DNA of 64,000 bases from an uncultured Gemmatimonadales bacterium. Its GTDB lineage: Bacteria; Gemmatimonadota; Gemmatimonadetes; Gemmatimonadales; GWC2-71-9. The stretch is taken from the NCBI GenBank assembly GCA_963828735.1, contig CAWHFW010000005.1:1376001-1440000 (forward strand), in the 5' to 3' direction. Of this stretch, positions 28,787-37,742 are shown piece after piece (the stretch's first letter is position 1; the number at the start of each line of letters is the position of its first letter). The position numbers and the translations under genes are program-made. The notes under the pieces were generated by a model. That model saw nothing but the letters and a program-made list of their open reading frames with translations. It had not been told where the DNA came from and ran no database searches.

Positions 28787-28963
28787 CTACCTCGCGGGGG
28801 TGGGGCCCCCGCGCCGCGCCAGGAGCCGGTCGATGAGCGGACCGCTCACGATGACGATCATGGCGTTGATCAGTCCGCCGATCAGCGTCGACACGAACGC
28901 GAGCGCGCTCAGGATGAGCGTCGCGCCGATCGAGGCCAACAGAACTCCGATCCAGTACCACAT
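28787..28963 (-). CDS. Small hydrophobic membrane protein (58 aa), absent from the ORF track
   Basis: MWYWIGVLLASIGATLILSALAFVSTLIGGLINAMIVIVSGPLIDRLLARRGAPTPAR. GGAGA RBS and strong GC3 bias. Confidence 0.65.
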   Translation of the reverse strand: MWYWIGVLLASIGATLILSALAFVSTLIGGLINAMIVIVSGPLIDRLLARRGGPTPAR

Positions 28964-29060
28964 CACGGGGTCTCCGGTGCTGAGGTTCGGCCGGGCCGTA
29001 GGTTATCCAGCCCGGCCGGCCTCCGCAACCCGTTCCACCTCAACGACCGAGGAACGCCAC

Positions 29061-29744
29061 ATGCGCCCAGCCATGGCCTCCGGCCTGCTTCTCCTTCCCG
29101 CCCTCCTGTTTGCCGCGGGCGGCTCCGCCATCGCCCAGGAAGCGGGCCACCACGACCAGGCCGACCACGATCACGCGGTCGAGGGCGGGGGCACCCTTCC
29201 GGCCGGGTGGTCGGTCCGGACCGACGACAAGGCCGCGACCACCAACGTCAAGGTGGTGTCGATGGGTACCGGCATCCACGTGACCCTTGGCCCGGCCATC
29301 ATTCTCTATCGCGCGCAGCACGCCGGCTCCGGTCCGTTCCACACGCTCGCCACCTTCACGCAGACGAAGCCGACCAAGCATGCCGAGGGCTACGGCCTCT
29401 TCTACGGCGGCAAGGCGCTCGACGGCGCGGCCGAGCAGTACACCTACTTCCTCATCCGGCAGGACGGGACCTACCTGGTCAAACGGCGTGAGGGCGACAA
29501 GACGAGCGAAGTCACGAAGGGTTGGGTCGCGTCTGCGGCCGTGCACAAGCCCGATGCGAAGGGGACCGCCACGAACAAGCTCGAGATCGACAACAAGAGA
29601 GACCCGAGCAAGGTCGTGTTTCTGGTGAACGGCGAGCCGGTCTACACGCTCGACGCGAAGGCCACCGACACCAATGGCACCGTGGGACTGCGGGTGAACC
29701 ACAACCTCGATCTGCACATCGAGGGGTTCGACGTCCATCGGTGA
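29061..29744 (+). CDS. Exported beta-sandwich protein (DUF1080/lectin-like)
   Basis: GAGGA RBS, signal peptide, His-rich N-terminus, beta-rich body. Confidence 0.7.
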   Translation: MRPAMASGLLLLPALLFAAGGSAIAQEAGHHDQADHDHAVEGGGTLPAGWSVRTDDKAATTNVKVVSMGTGIHVTLGPAIILYRAQHAGSGPFHTLATFTQTKPTKHAEGYGLFYGGKALDGAAEQYTYFLIRQDGTYLVKRREGDKTSEVTKGWVASAAVHKPDAKGTATNKLEIDNKRDPSKVVFLVNGEPVYTLDAKATDTNGTVGLRVNHNLDLHIEGFDVHR

Positions 29745-29765
29745 CCATCGGCCATGGGCGCCCGA

Positions 29766-31238
29766 TCACCCCGCGCGCTGGCGCCCGGCCTCGAGGATGC
29801 GGTCCGCCGCGTAGCGCACGACGCCTTCCGCGTCGCGCGCCAGGCGCTGAAGGGTGCCGCGGGCAGTCGGCGCGCTGGTAAGCCCGAGGGCCTCGACGGC
29901 GGCGAGGCGCTGGGTGGTCGAATAGCCCTGGCGGCGGACGATGCTTCGGCGAGTCAGGGCCACGCTCGCGAGCGCTGCGCAGGCCTCGACGGTGGCGAGC
30001 CGACCGAGCACGGCGACGAGCGACTGCCAGGCATCGCGGTCCCGTTCGGTCTCGAGGCAGGCCACGAGCAGAATGGCCAGGACGCCCCCTCGCCACACCC
30101 CGATCGCGCCCGCGGCCGCGGCACGCGTGCGGGGATCCGGGTGGTGCAGCGCCTGACGCAACGCGTCGGCCGCGGCACCCTCGTGGATCTCTCCGATCGC
30201 CTGGACCGCGGCGACCCGCGCGCCTTCGTCCCTGTGGGTCAGCAGCCTCACCAGCTCGTCGACCCCTGACGGTTGCCCCAGCCGGCCCAGCAACGCCGCG
30301 GCATGGCGCACCGTCATCGGACGCCGGCTCGCCAGCAGCGGGATGACGAGCGGATACAAGCCTGGGATGCCGCCCAGGACGTCATAGTAGAAGGCCCGGA
30401 CACCCAGCGCCTCGCCTTCGAGCAGCCGATCGAGCACGACCTCCGCCGCGTCGAGCCCGATCCAGCGCAGCACCTCGGAAGCCCGCCGGCGCTGTTCCGA
30501 CTCCCGCTCGGCCTCGTCCACCAGCGCCTCGATGGCGCGCCGAGGAATGGCGCGCCGCAAGTGGATGCCGAACGTGCGCCGCTCGGCGGCCGGAACCTTC
30601 GGCACCAGCCGGACGAGGGCGAGGGCCGCAGTGAGCGCCACGTCCCAAGCCAGGCTTCGGATGCCCCATCCCAGCAGCTCGTGCAAGCGCACCGACTCCG
30701 TCCGCTGGCCCTCGATCAGCTCGACGCGCCGCTCGCCGCTGGCCCGCCGGTCCTCGGTCTGCCGGCGCTCGATCCCGAGGTACGTCGGGCGCCCCGGGCG
30801 TCGGCGCTCGGACCAGCTCCGACGCTCGATCTCACCGCGGGGGGCGAGCTCGGGCCGCTCGGCCGGAGGAGCGGCGGGGGGAGTCTCTTCGGGCGGTGGC
30901 GCCGGGAACTCCACCATCTCGACCTGAATGTTGGGAGAGCTGCGGACGGGTACGGCGTCGTGCGACAGTGCGCGGGCGAGCGCGAGAAGCTCGTCGGGCT
31001 CGGTACCGGCGGCGATTCGGATCGCCTCCACGTGGCGGGCGAGGAGGCGGCCCTTCAGCGTGAGGTCGTCGGGAATGACGCTCCATTCGATCCCGGCCTC
31101 GACCTCGAGCGGCCCGGTCTCGACGGCCGCGGCCGCCGCCGCGAGCGCCAGGTCCTGCGCCGCGTCGTTGCCTGGATCGGCTCGCAGCAGGGCGACGAGG
31201 TCGCCGAAGCGCTTGATGAAGGTGGACTTGGCGTCCAC
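29766..31238 (-). CDS. HEAT-repeat protein with ERR/DRR-rich linker
   Basis: C-terminal HEAT repeats (VRHAAALLGRLG, ARVAAVQAIGEI, TRAAAAGAIG). GTG start after GAGAGG. Confidence 0.8.
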   Translation of the reverse strand: MDAKSTFIKRFGDLVALLRADPGNDAAQDLALAAAAAAVETGPLEVEAGIEWSVIPDDLTLKGRLLARHVEAIRIAAGTEPDELLALARALSHDAVPVRSSPNIQVEMVEFPAPPPEETPPAAPPAERPELAPRGEIERRSWSERRRPGRPTYLGIERRQTEDRRASGERRVELIEGQRTESVRLHELLGWGIRSLAWDVALTAALALVRLVPKVPAAERRTFGIHLRRAIPRRAIEALVDEAERESEQRRRASEVLRWIGLDAAEVVLDRLLEGEALGVRAFYYDVLGGIPGLYPLVIPLLASRRPMTVRHAAALLGRLGQPSGVDELVRLLTHRDEGARVAAVQAIGEIHEGAAADALRQALHHPDPRTRAAAAGAIGVWRGGVLAILLVACLETERDRDAWQSLVAVLGRLATVEACAALASVALTRRSIVRRQGYSTTQRLAAVEALGLTSAPTARGTLQRLARDAEGVVRYAADRILEAGRQRAG

Positions 31239-31373
31239 GGAGACCTCTCGCGGGGCGTCGATCTCAAGCTGCATGGACCTGGACCGCGCCGCAAGCCGGG
31301 CACGATCTGGAGGGGCGACCTGACGCGGACGCCCCACGCGTCGATGCATCCGAGGCCGGCACGCCGCGACGCC

Positions 31374-31401
31374 TTGACGGTCCGGTGCCGATACGTACAT
31401 T
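31374..31401 (+). promoter_or_regulatory. Sigma70 promoter TTGACG-N16-TACATT
   Basis: Near-consensus hexamers about 180 nt upstream of the porin start. Confidence 0.55.
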
Positions 31402-31470
31402 GCTCATATGCGACCCACCTGCAACTCGAATCGCAACCGCGCCGCCAATTACTACGCGTTCACGTAGGAT

Positions 31471-31541
31471 GTCGAGCCGTCTCGGGTGCAGGATGGTGCG
31501 GTAGTTCCCCGGCCCGCTCGACCTGTTCGAGGGGCTTTTTT
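31471..31541 (+). promoter_or_regulatory. Candidate riboswitch (nhaA-like cation class) with overlapping intrinsic terminator
   Basis: GUCGAG/CUCGAC stem, CCGUCU/GGAUGG hairpin with CGGGUGCA loop complementary to GCCCG. Terminator 31512-31535 plus U6 lies upstream of the start codon. Confidence 0.6.
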
Positions 31542-31581
31542 GTTGGCACCCATCGTGACCACTTCTTCGTCGGGAGAGACA

Positions 31582-32448
31582 ATGAAGCGAGCGATCGTTC
31601 TGGGAGCTGCCATCGTCGTCGCGAGCGCCGTCGCGACCGCGGCACCTGCCGCCGCGCAGGCGGTCGGCGCGGACCTGGGCCTGTACAGCTCGTACGTGTG
31701 GCGTGGGTTGAGCCTCACCAACAAGCCGGTGGCGCAGCCTGACGTGTACGTGACCTTCCCCGCGGGGAAAGCCTCCATCACGGTCGCCGGGTGGGCGAAC
31801 ATCGACCTCGGCAAGTACGATGACCCGGACAACGACATCAGCGAGAGTGGAGGCCTCTCCTCTTTCAATCTCGCCGAGTTCGATCCCTACGCGGAAATCG
31901 CGTTCCCGCTGGGCAAGTCGACGCTCACCGGCGGGATCACCGGCTACTTCTACCCCAACGACGCCGGCCTCACCTCCGATTTCAACACGTGGGAGGTCTA
32001 CGGCAAGCTGTCCTTCGACGAGGTACTGCTCAGCCCGAAGATCTCGGTGTGGTACGACATCGACAAGATCGATGGGCTCTACGCCGAAGCCGCCCTATCC
32101 CACTCGTTGGCCCTCGGGGAAAGCCACTCGCTTGATCTGGGCGCGACGGCGGGATTCAATTCCGGACAGAATGCGGACCTGGACAGCAGCGGCATTCCCC
32201 AGGCCGACTTCTTCAACTTCCAGGACAACGGCTTCACCCACCTCGACCTGTCGGCCGGATTCCCGCTCACCGCGGGAGCGTTCTCGATCACGCCCGTGCT
32301 TCATTTCATCATCAATGGCGACGAGTTCACCAAGGTCACCTCGCCGACCAACAGCAGCGACACCAAGCTCTGGGGCGGGGTGACGATCAGCTGGTCCAAG
32401 GACTACGCCCCGGCGGCGGAAACGTCGGACAGCACCAGCAGCGAGTAG
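31582..32448 (+). CDS. TorF/Gcw_chp family putative outer-membrane porin
   Basis: Signal peptide, SSYVWRGLSLT..P..QP motif, amphipathic beta strands. Confidence 0.75.
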   Translation: MKRAIVLGAAIVVASAVATAAPAAAQAVGADLGLYSSYVWRGLSLTNKPVAQPDVYVTFPAGKASITVAGWANIDLGKYDDPDNDISESGGLSSFNLAEFDPYAEIAFPLGKSTLTGGITGYFYPNDAGLTSDFNTWEVYGKLSFDEVLLSPKISVWYDIDKIDGLYAEAALSHSLALGESHSLDLGATAGFNSGQNADLDSSGIPQADFFNFQDNGFTHLDLSAGFPLTAGAFSITPVLHFIINGDEFTKVTSPTNSSDTKLWGGVTISWSKDYAPAAETSDSTSSE

Positions 32449-32490
32449 AGGCCGAGTCGGCTCGCAGGCTGCGAGCGCGGGCACGACGCC

Positions 32491-32526
32491 ACGACGGGGG
32501 CATGCGTTCGCGCGTGCCCCCGTCGT
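32491..32526. repeat. REP-like palindrome, GGGGGCATGC family
   Basis: ACGACGGGGGCATGCG-TTCG-CGCGTGCCCCCGTCGT. Confidence 0.6.
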
Positions 32527-32566
32527 ATTTGCACATCGTCGAACCTACACACCGGGGAGCAGCTGC

Positions 32567-33229
32567 GTGAACGTCCTCATCTTCGGCGCCACCGGCATGG
32601 TTGGGCAGGGGGCCCTGCGCGAGTGCCTGCTCGACTCCGGTGTCGAGCGCGTGCTCGCCGTCGGGCGCTCGGCGACCGGGCGGCAGTCGCCCAAGCTCCG
32701 CGAGCTCGTGGTGCCGGACGTGGGGAATCTCACCGGCATCGAGGCCCAGCTCGCCGGGTTCGACGCGTGCTTCTTCTGTCTCGGTGTTTCGTCGCTCGGG
32801 ATGGCGGAGGAGCGCTACCGGCAGCTCACCTACGACCTCACACTGGCCGTCGCGCGCACCGTGGTGGCCGCCAGCCCCCAGCTCACATTCGTCTACGTCT
32901 CTGGCGCGGGCACGGACAGCAGCGAGCAGGGCCGCTCCATGTGGGCCCGGGTGAAGGGCAGAACCGAGAACGACCTGCGGCGCCTTCCGTTCAAGGCCGC
33001 CTACATGTTCCGGCCGGGCGCCATCGTTCCACTCCACGGTGTCCGTTCGAAGACGCGCTGGGTCCAGATCATGTACACGCTGGCCTCGCCGCTGGTGCCG
33101 GCATGGCGGGCGCTGTTCCCGAACACGATCACCACGACGGAGCAGGTGGGACTCGCGATGCTCCGGGTGGTGCGCAATGGCTACCCGTCGCCGATTCTCG
33201 AGACCCGCGATATCAACGCCTGTCGGTAA
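32567..33229 (+). CDS. NAD(P)-binding epimerase/atypical SDR
   Basis: GATGMVG Rossmann motif, MWARVKGRTEN, FRPG. Confidence 0.85.
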   Translation: MNVLIFGATGMVGQGALRECLLDSGVERVLAVGRSATGRQSPKLRELVVPDVGNLTGIEAQLAGFDACFFCLGVSSLGMAEERYRQLTYDLTLAVARTVVAASPQLTFVYVSGAGTDSSEQGRSMWARVKGRTENDLRRLPFKAAYMFRPGAIVPLHGVRSKTRWVQIMYTLASPLVPAWRALFPNTITTTEQVGLAMLRVVRNGYPSPILETRDINACR

Positions 33230-33316
33230 GGGGATTTGATTAGATACACCGCTGTGCGGTTTTCTGGAATGCTGTCACGAGGACCACCACCCATTGTCAT
33301 CCACCGGAGCGTCACG

Positions 33317-33640
33317 ATGCTGCTGATCCGCGAAGTCTTCCACTGCCGGCCCGGCAAGGTCCGCGCCCTCCTCGAGAAGTTTCAGGCGATGAACCGCATC
33401 ATGGCCAACGCCGGCCAGGGCAACATGCGCCTGATGACCGATTTCACCGGCGAGCGCTACTGGACGCTGGTCGCCGAGTACGAGACACCCGGCATGGCCG
33501 AGTTCGAGAAGATGATGCAGGGCGGCGGGATGAGCGAGACGGACACGAAGGAGTTCGAGCGCCTCATGGAGGGTTACCATGACCTGATCGACAGCGGGCA
33601 CCGGGAGATCTACCGGCTGGAGCCGACCACCACGGGGTGA
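33317..33640 (+). CDS. NIPSNAP-like dimeric alpha-beta barrel protein
   Basis: REVFHCRPGK...GHREIY pattern. GGAG RBS. Confidence 0.65.
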   Translation: MLLIREVFHCRPGKVRALLEKFQAMNRIMANAGQGNMRLMTDFTGERYWTLVAEYETPGMAEFEKMMQGGGMSETDTKEFERLMEGYHDLIDSGHREIYRLEPTTTG

Positions 33641-33707
33641 TCGGCCTACCATCGTCAAGCTGCGTGCCCGAGGTCGCGGGCCGGGTCTCTACCGCCACTG
33701 AGCCCGA

Positions 33708-35063
33708 TCAGTCCAGGCCGGCCGCGACCTCCTTGAACGTGTCCTCGAGCCGGTTCAGCATCTCCTGAAGCGTCGCCTTCGGAATGCCGAGCGCGGGCTC
33801 GATCCGGATGACCTGCGCCTTGCTGTATGTGCCGGCCACGAGCACGCCGCGCTTGAACAGCCCCGCCGCCACCTGCCAGCCGATCTCCTGGACGGGGAAC
33901 TCCATTCCGATCAGCAGTCCCTTGCCGTGCGCGTCGGCGAGGATCCGGGGGTATTTCCCCTTGAGCCCGGCCAGCTCCCGGAGCAGGTAGTCGCCCTTGG
34001 CCGCGGCCTGGCCGGGGAGATCCTCCTCCAGGGTCACCTGGATCGCCGCCAGGCCCGCGGCGCAGGCGAGCGGATTCCCGCCGAACGTGGTCGAGTGGAT
34101 GATCGGATTCGGGATCATGACCTCCCACACCGTGGGATTCGCGATGAACGCCGACAGCGGCATGACGCCGCCACCGAGCGACTTGCCCAGGCACATGATG
34201 TCGGGCTCGACGTTCCAGTGGTCCATGCCCCACAGCTTGCCGGTGCGGCCCATGCCGGTCTGAATCTCATCGGCGATGAGCAGCGCGCCGAACTTCGTGC
34301 ACGCCGCCCGGGCGCGCGGGAGGTAGTCATCCGGCGGCACCACCCCGCCCGCCTCGCCCTGCACCGGCTCGAGCACCACGCCGGCGATATGGGTCCCGAC
34401 TTCGTCGCAGCGGCGAAGCTCGTCCTCCAACGCGGCCGCGTCGCCGTACGGAACGAACCGCACGTCCTGGAGGCCGCCCTGGAACGGCTCGCGGAACGAG
34501 GCCTTTCCCATCAGCGAGAGTGACCCCATCGACTTCCCATGGAAGCCGCCGATGGTCGAGATGAACGTGTTGCGCTTGGTGTAGAGACGCGCGAGCTTGA
34601 TCGCGCCCTCGATCGCGTCGGTTCCGTTATTGATGAAGAAGGAATTCTGCAGCTCGCCCGGGGTCACCTCGGCCAGCACCTTGGCGAGGGCCGCGCGCCA
34701 CGGTTCGAGCAGCTCCTGGCTGTTGAGCGCCATGCGCTGGAGCTGGTCCGTGAGCGCCTTCACGATCGTGGGGTGGTTGACACCGGCGCTGAAGATGCCG
34801 TAGCCGCCGAGGCAGTCGATATACTCGCGGCCGAGAAGGTCGTGAAGCACGGACCCCTCGCCGCTCCACTCGAGCGCGGCGAACTGCCCGGCCTGGGTGA
34901 CCGACTTCCGGTAGGTGATGAACCCGCGATTGTAGTACCGCTCGTAGCTGTCCACCGTCTCGGCGATGAACGACTGCTTCTCCTCCAGGGACATCTCACG
35001 CCCGGCGATCAGCTCCAGATACCGGGACGTGTGCCGCAATACTTCGGCATTCGGCAGACGCAA
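33708..35063 (-). CDS. patA: Putrescine aminotransferase (class III PLP)
   Basis: YRKSVT, DCLGGYG, SQELL, FHGKSMGSLS, DEIQTGMGRTG, HSTTFGGNPLAC, IRIEP. Confidence 0.85.
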   Translation of the reverse strand: MRLPNAEVLRHTSRYLELIAGREMSLEEKQSFIAETVDSYERYYNRGFITYRKSVTQAGQFAALEWSGEGSVLHDLLGREYIDCLGGYGIFSAGVNHPTIVKALTDQLQRMALNSQELLEPWRAALAKVLAEVTPGELQNSFFINNGTDAIEGAIKLARLYTKRNTFISTIGGFHGKSMGSLSLMGKASFREPFQGGLQDVRFVPYGDAAALEDELRRCDEVGTHIAGVVLEPVQGEAGGVVPPDDYLPRARAACTKFGALLIADEIQTGMGRTGKLWGMDHWNVEPDIMCLGKSLGGGVMPLSAFIANPTVWEVMIPNPIIHSTTFGGNPLACAAGLAAIQVTLEEDLPGQAAAKGDYLLRELAGLKGKYPRILADAHGKGLLIGMEFPVQEIGWQVAAGLFKRGVLVAGTYSKAQVIRIEPALGIPKATLQEMLNRLEDTFKEVAAGLD

Positions 35064-35130
35064 TTAATCGGCGCTCCTTTGGTAGAGGACGGATGGGCCA
35101 TGGGCGGGTGCGGATCCCTTCCGCACCCGC

Positions 35131-36390
35131 TCAGCTCAGCCAATCGCTGACCCTATAATATCCGCCCACGAGCGGCAGAAACCACGGTCGGCCGCCGTAC
35201 AGCGGCACCGCCGGGAACGGGGCCGTGAGTCTCGGCATCGGTCCGGCGCCCGCCAGCGCGTCTCCCATTCGCGTGCCCATCCAGTTCGCCAGCGCGACAC
35301 CGTGACCGCCGTAGCCGAGGGCGTAGTGGATCCCGTCGAGCACGCCAGCGTGCGGCATCTGATCCATCGTAAAGGCCACCTGCCCGCCCCAGGCGTATTC
35401 CACGGGCGCCCCGGCTAGCTCCGGGAACACCTCGACCATTCCGCGCCGGAGGATCGCGGCGCTTCGGGCCACCGGGGTCGGCGTGAACGCGGCGCGACCG
35501 CCGAACACCATGCGACCGTCGGGCGACAGGCGAAAGTAGTACAGCAGATTCTTCGTATCGCTCAGCACGCGCCGCCGAGGAATCAGGCGCCCCGCGAGCG
35601 CCGCGTCCAGCGGCGCGGTCGCGATCAGGTAGCTCCCGACCGGCACCACACGGCGCCGCAACGCCGGCACGGCCGCTCCCGTATACCCATTGGTCGCGAC
35701 GAGCACCTCGCGGGCCGCGATGGCTCCGCGCGCCGTCGTCACCGTGAAGCCCCCACCCGCGCGCGCGACCCGACACACGTCGACCGCCTCGACGAGCCGG
35801 GCGCCCGCCCGTTCCGTCGCGGCGGCGAGCCCCCGAAGCAGGGCGGCCGGCTGGACCGAGCCGGCGAAGGGATCGAGCAGTCCGCCGTGGTATCGACTCG
35901 AGCCGATCTCGTCCCGCAGCTCCGCAGGGGTCAGCACGATCGTCTCGTGCGCGAGCTCGTTGCGGAGGAAGCGGCGGCTCTGGTCGAGTATCCGCAGGTG
36001 CCCAGGCCGCGCGGCCAGCACCACCGTCCCGCAGCGTGCGTAGCCGCAGTCGATTCGCTCCTCGGCAATGGTCGCCTCGAGCGCGCAGACGGCCTCGAGC
36101 GACAGCTCGAACAGCCTTCTCGCCTCCGCGACGCCGCGCTGGCGCGCGAGGGCCTCGATCTCCGGCTTGAAGCCCGGCAGCACGAACCCGCCGTTCCGAC
36201 TGCTCGCACCCCAGCCGATCGTGTGACGTTCGAGCACGGTGACGTCCGCGCCGCGCCGCGCCAGCGCCCTCGCCGCGGCGAGGCCGGTGTAGCCCCCGCC
36301 GAGGATCGCCACGTCCGTCCGCGCCGGAAGCTCGGCCGTCCCGCGCGCCGGCAGCGGCGCGGCGTCCGTCCAGAGACAGCGCTCGATCAG
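35131..36390 (-). CDS. FAD-dependent oxidoreductase, PuuB/DadA-like
   Basis: GGGYTGL, GASSRNGG, YYFR, GYGGHGV. Start uncertain (CTG overlapping the upstream stop). Confidence 0.85.
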   Translation of the reverse strand: MIERCLWTDAAPLPARGTAELPARTDVAILGGGYTGLAAARALARRGADVTVLERHTIGWGASSRNGGFVLPGFKPEIEALARQRGVAEARRLFELSLEAVCALEATIAEERIDCGYARCGTVVLAARPGHLRILDQSRRFLRNELAHETIVLTPAELRDEIGSSRYHGGLLDPFAGSVQPAALLRGLAAATERAGARLVEAVDVCRVARAGGGFTVTTARGAIAAREVLVATNGYTGAAVPALRRRVVPVGSYLIATAPLDAALAGRLIPRRRVLSDTKNLLYYFRLSPDGRMVFGGRAAFTPTPVARSAAILRRGMVEVFPELAGAPVEYAWGGQVAFTMDQMPHAGVLDGIHYALGYGGHGVALANWMGTRMGDALAGAGPMPRLTAPFPAVPLYGGRPWFLPLVGGYYRVSDWLS

Positions 36391-37742
36391 CGGAACAGCC
36401 CCTCGGCGCGCACGCTCTCGCGGAAGACGTCGGTATGGAGGTCCACGTCGTCCTCGGTCACCGCGGGGGCGAGCAGCGCCATATTGTGAAACGGCGTGAG
36501 CAGGATCCCGCGGTTGAGCGCTGCCAGATGCATGTACCGCTCGAGGTCGGGGTCCACCGCCGCGGCTGCCTCCCCACCATTCCGGGGCGGCGTCGGACGA
36601 AACCAGTACTCCACCCGGCACCCGAGCCGCTTCACGATCCAGGGCAGGCAGGACTCGGTGATGACGTCCTCGATGCCGCGCGCGAAGCGCTCGGCCAGCG
36701 GGATCGTGCGTCGAAAACTGGACTCGGTCAGCACGTGCTCCAGGGTGGCGCGCATCGCGGCCGTGGCCAGCGCATTGGCCGCGAGTGTGCCGCCGATCCC
36801 ACCGGTATCGGCCGTTTCAAGGCGCGAGTGCGCGCGGACACGCTCCGCGACCCCTTCGCTCAGGCCGTAGACCGCGCCCGGGACCCCGCCGGCCACCGGC
36901 TTGCCGAGCGTGAGGAGGTCGGGCTCAAGCCCGTGCGTGCGCGTATACCCACCCGGACCCGCGCAGATGGTGTGCGTCTCGTCGATGACGAGCAGTGTGC
37001 CGGCCCGGCGGGTGAGTTCCCGGAGCGCCGAGTGGAAGCCCGGCTCGGGATGCACGATCCCGACGTTGGTGAGCGCCGGCTCGGCCAGCACGCACGCCAC
37101 ATCGCCATGGCGCAGCGCGGCTTCCAGCGCCGGCAAATCGTTGAACTCGACGACGCGTGTCGTGAGCGCCGGGTCCACGGGTGGCCCGATGTTCCCCTCG
37201 CGCGCCACCACGCGGCCGTCCCGAAGCGTCGCGAGCGTCTCGTCGACCGTGCCGTGATAGCACCAGTTGAACACCAGAATCTTGGGGCGGCCGGTAATTT
37301 CGCGTGCCAGGCGGATGGCGAAGCGGTTGGCATCGGTGGCGGTGACGGCGAACTGCCAGTACGGAAGGCCGAAGCGGCGGGCCAGCTCCTCACCTACCCA
37401 AACCGCATCTTCGGTCGGGAGCATGAACGTGAAGCCGAGCCCAGCTTGCGCGCGTACGGCTTCGACGGTGGGGGGCGGGGCATGTCCGGTCATCGCCCCG
37501 GTGTCGCCGAGGCAGAGGTCCAGATAGCGGTGCCCGTCGACGTCGGTGAGGTACCCGCCGTCGCCGGCCGCGGCGAACAGCGGAAACCCGCCGGCCCACC
37601 GCTCCATCCATTGCATGGGCACGCCGCCGAGCAGGGATTGCCGGGCCCGGCGGTACAGCGCCAGCGAGCGCGGGTGCGCGTCGCGGAAGCGTCGCTCCTC
37701 GTCCGCGAGCAGGACGCCGAGGCGCCCGCGGTCGAGGATCAT
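36387..37742 (-). CDS. Class III aminotransferase (GSA-aminomutase-like)
   Basis: GGVPMQWM, CLGDTGAMTGH, IDETHT, GKPVAGG. Confidence 0.85.
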   Translation of the reverse strand: MILDRGRLGVLLADEERRFRDAHPRSLALYRRARQSLLGGVPMQWMERWAGGFPLFAAAGDGGYLTDVDGHRYLDLCLGDTGAMTGHAPPPTVEAVRAQAGLGFTFMLPTEDAVWVGEELARRFGLPYWQFAVTATDANRFAIRLAREITGRPKILVFNWCYHGTVDETLATLRDGRVVAREGNIGPPVDPALTTRVVEFNDLPALEAALRHGDVACVLAEPALTNVGIVHPEPGFHSALRELTRRAGTLLVIDETHTICAGPGGYTRTHGLEPDLLTLGKPVAGGVPGAVYGLSEGVAERVRAHSRLETADTGGIGGTLAANALATAAMRATLEHVLTESSFRRTIPLAERFARGIEDVITESCLPWIVKRLGCRVEYWFRPTPPRNGGEAAAAVDPDLERYMHLAALNRGILLTPFHNMALLAPAVTEDDVDLHTDVFRESVRAEGLFR

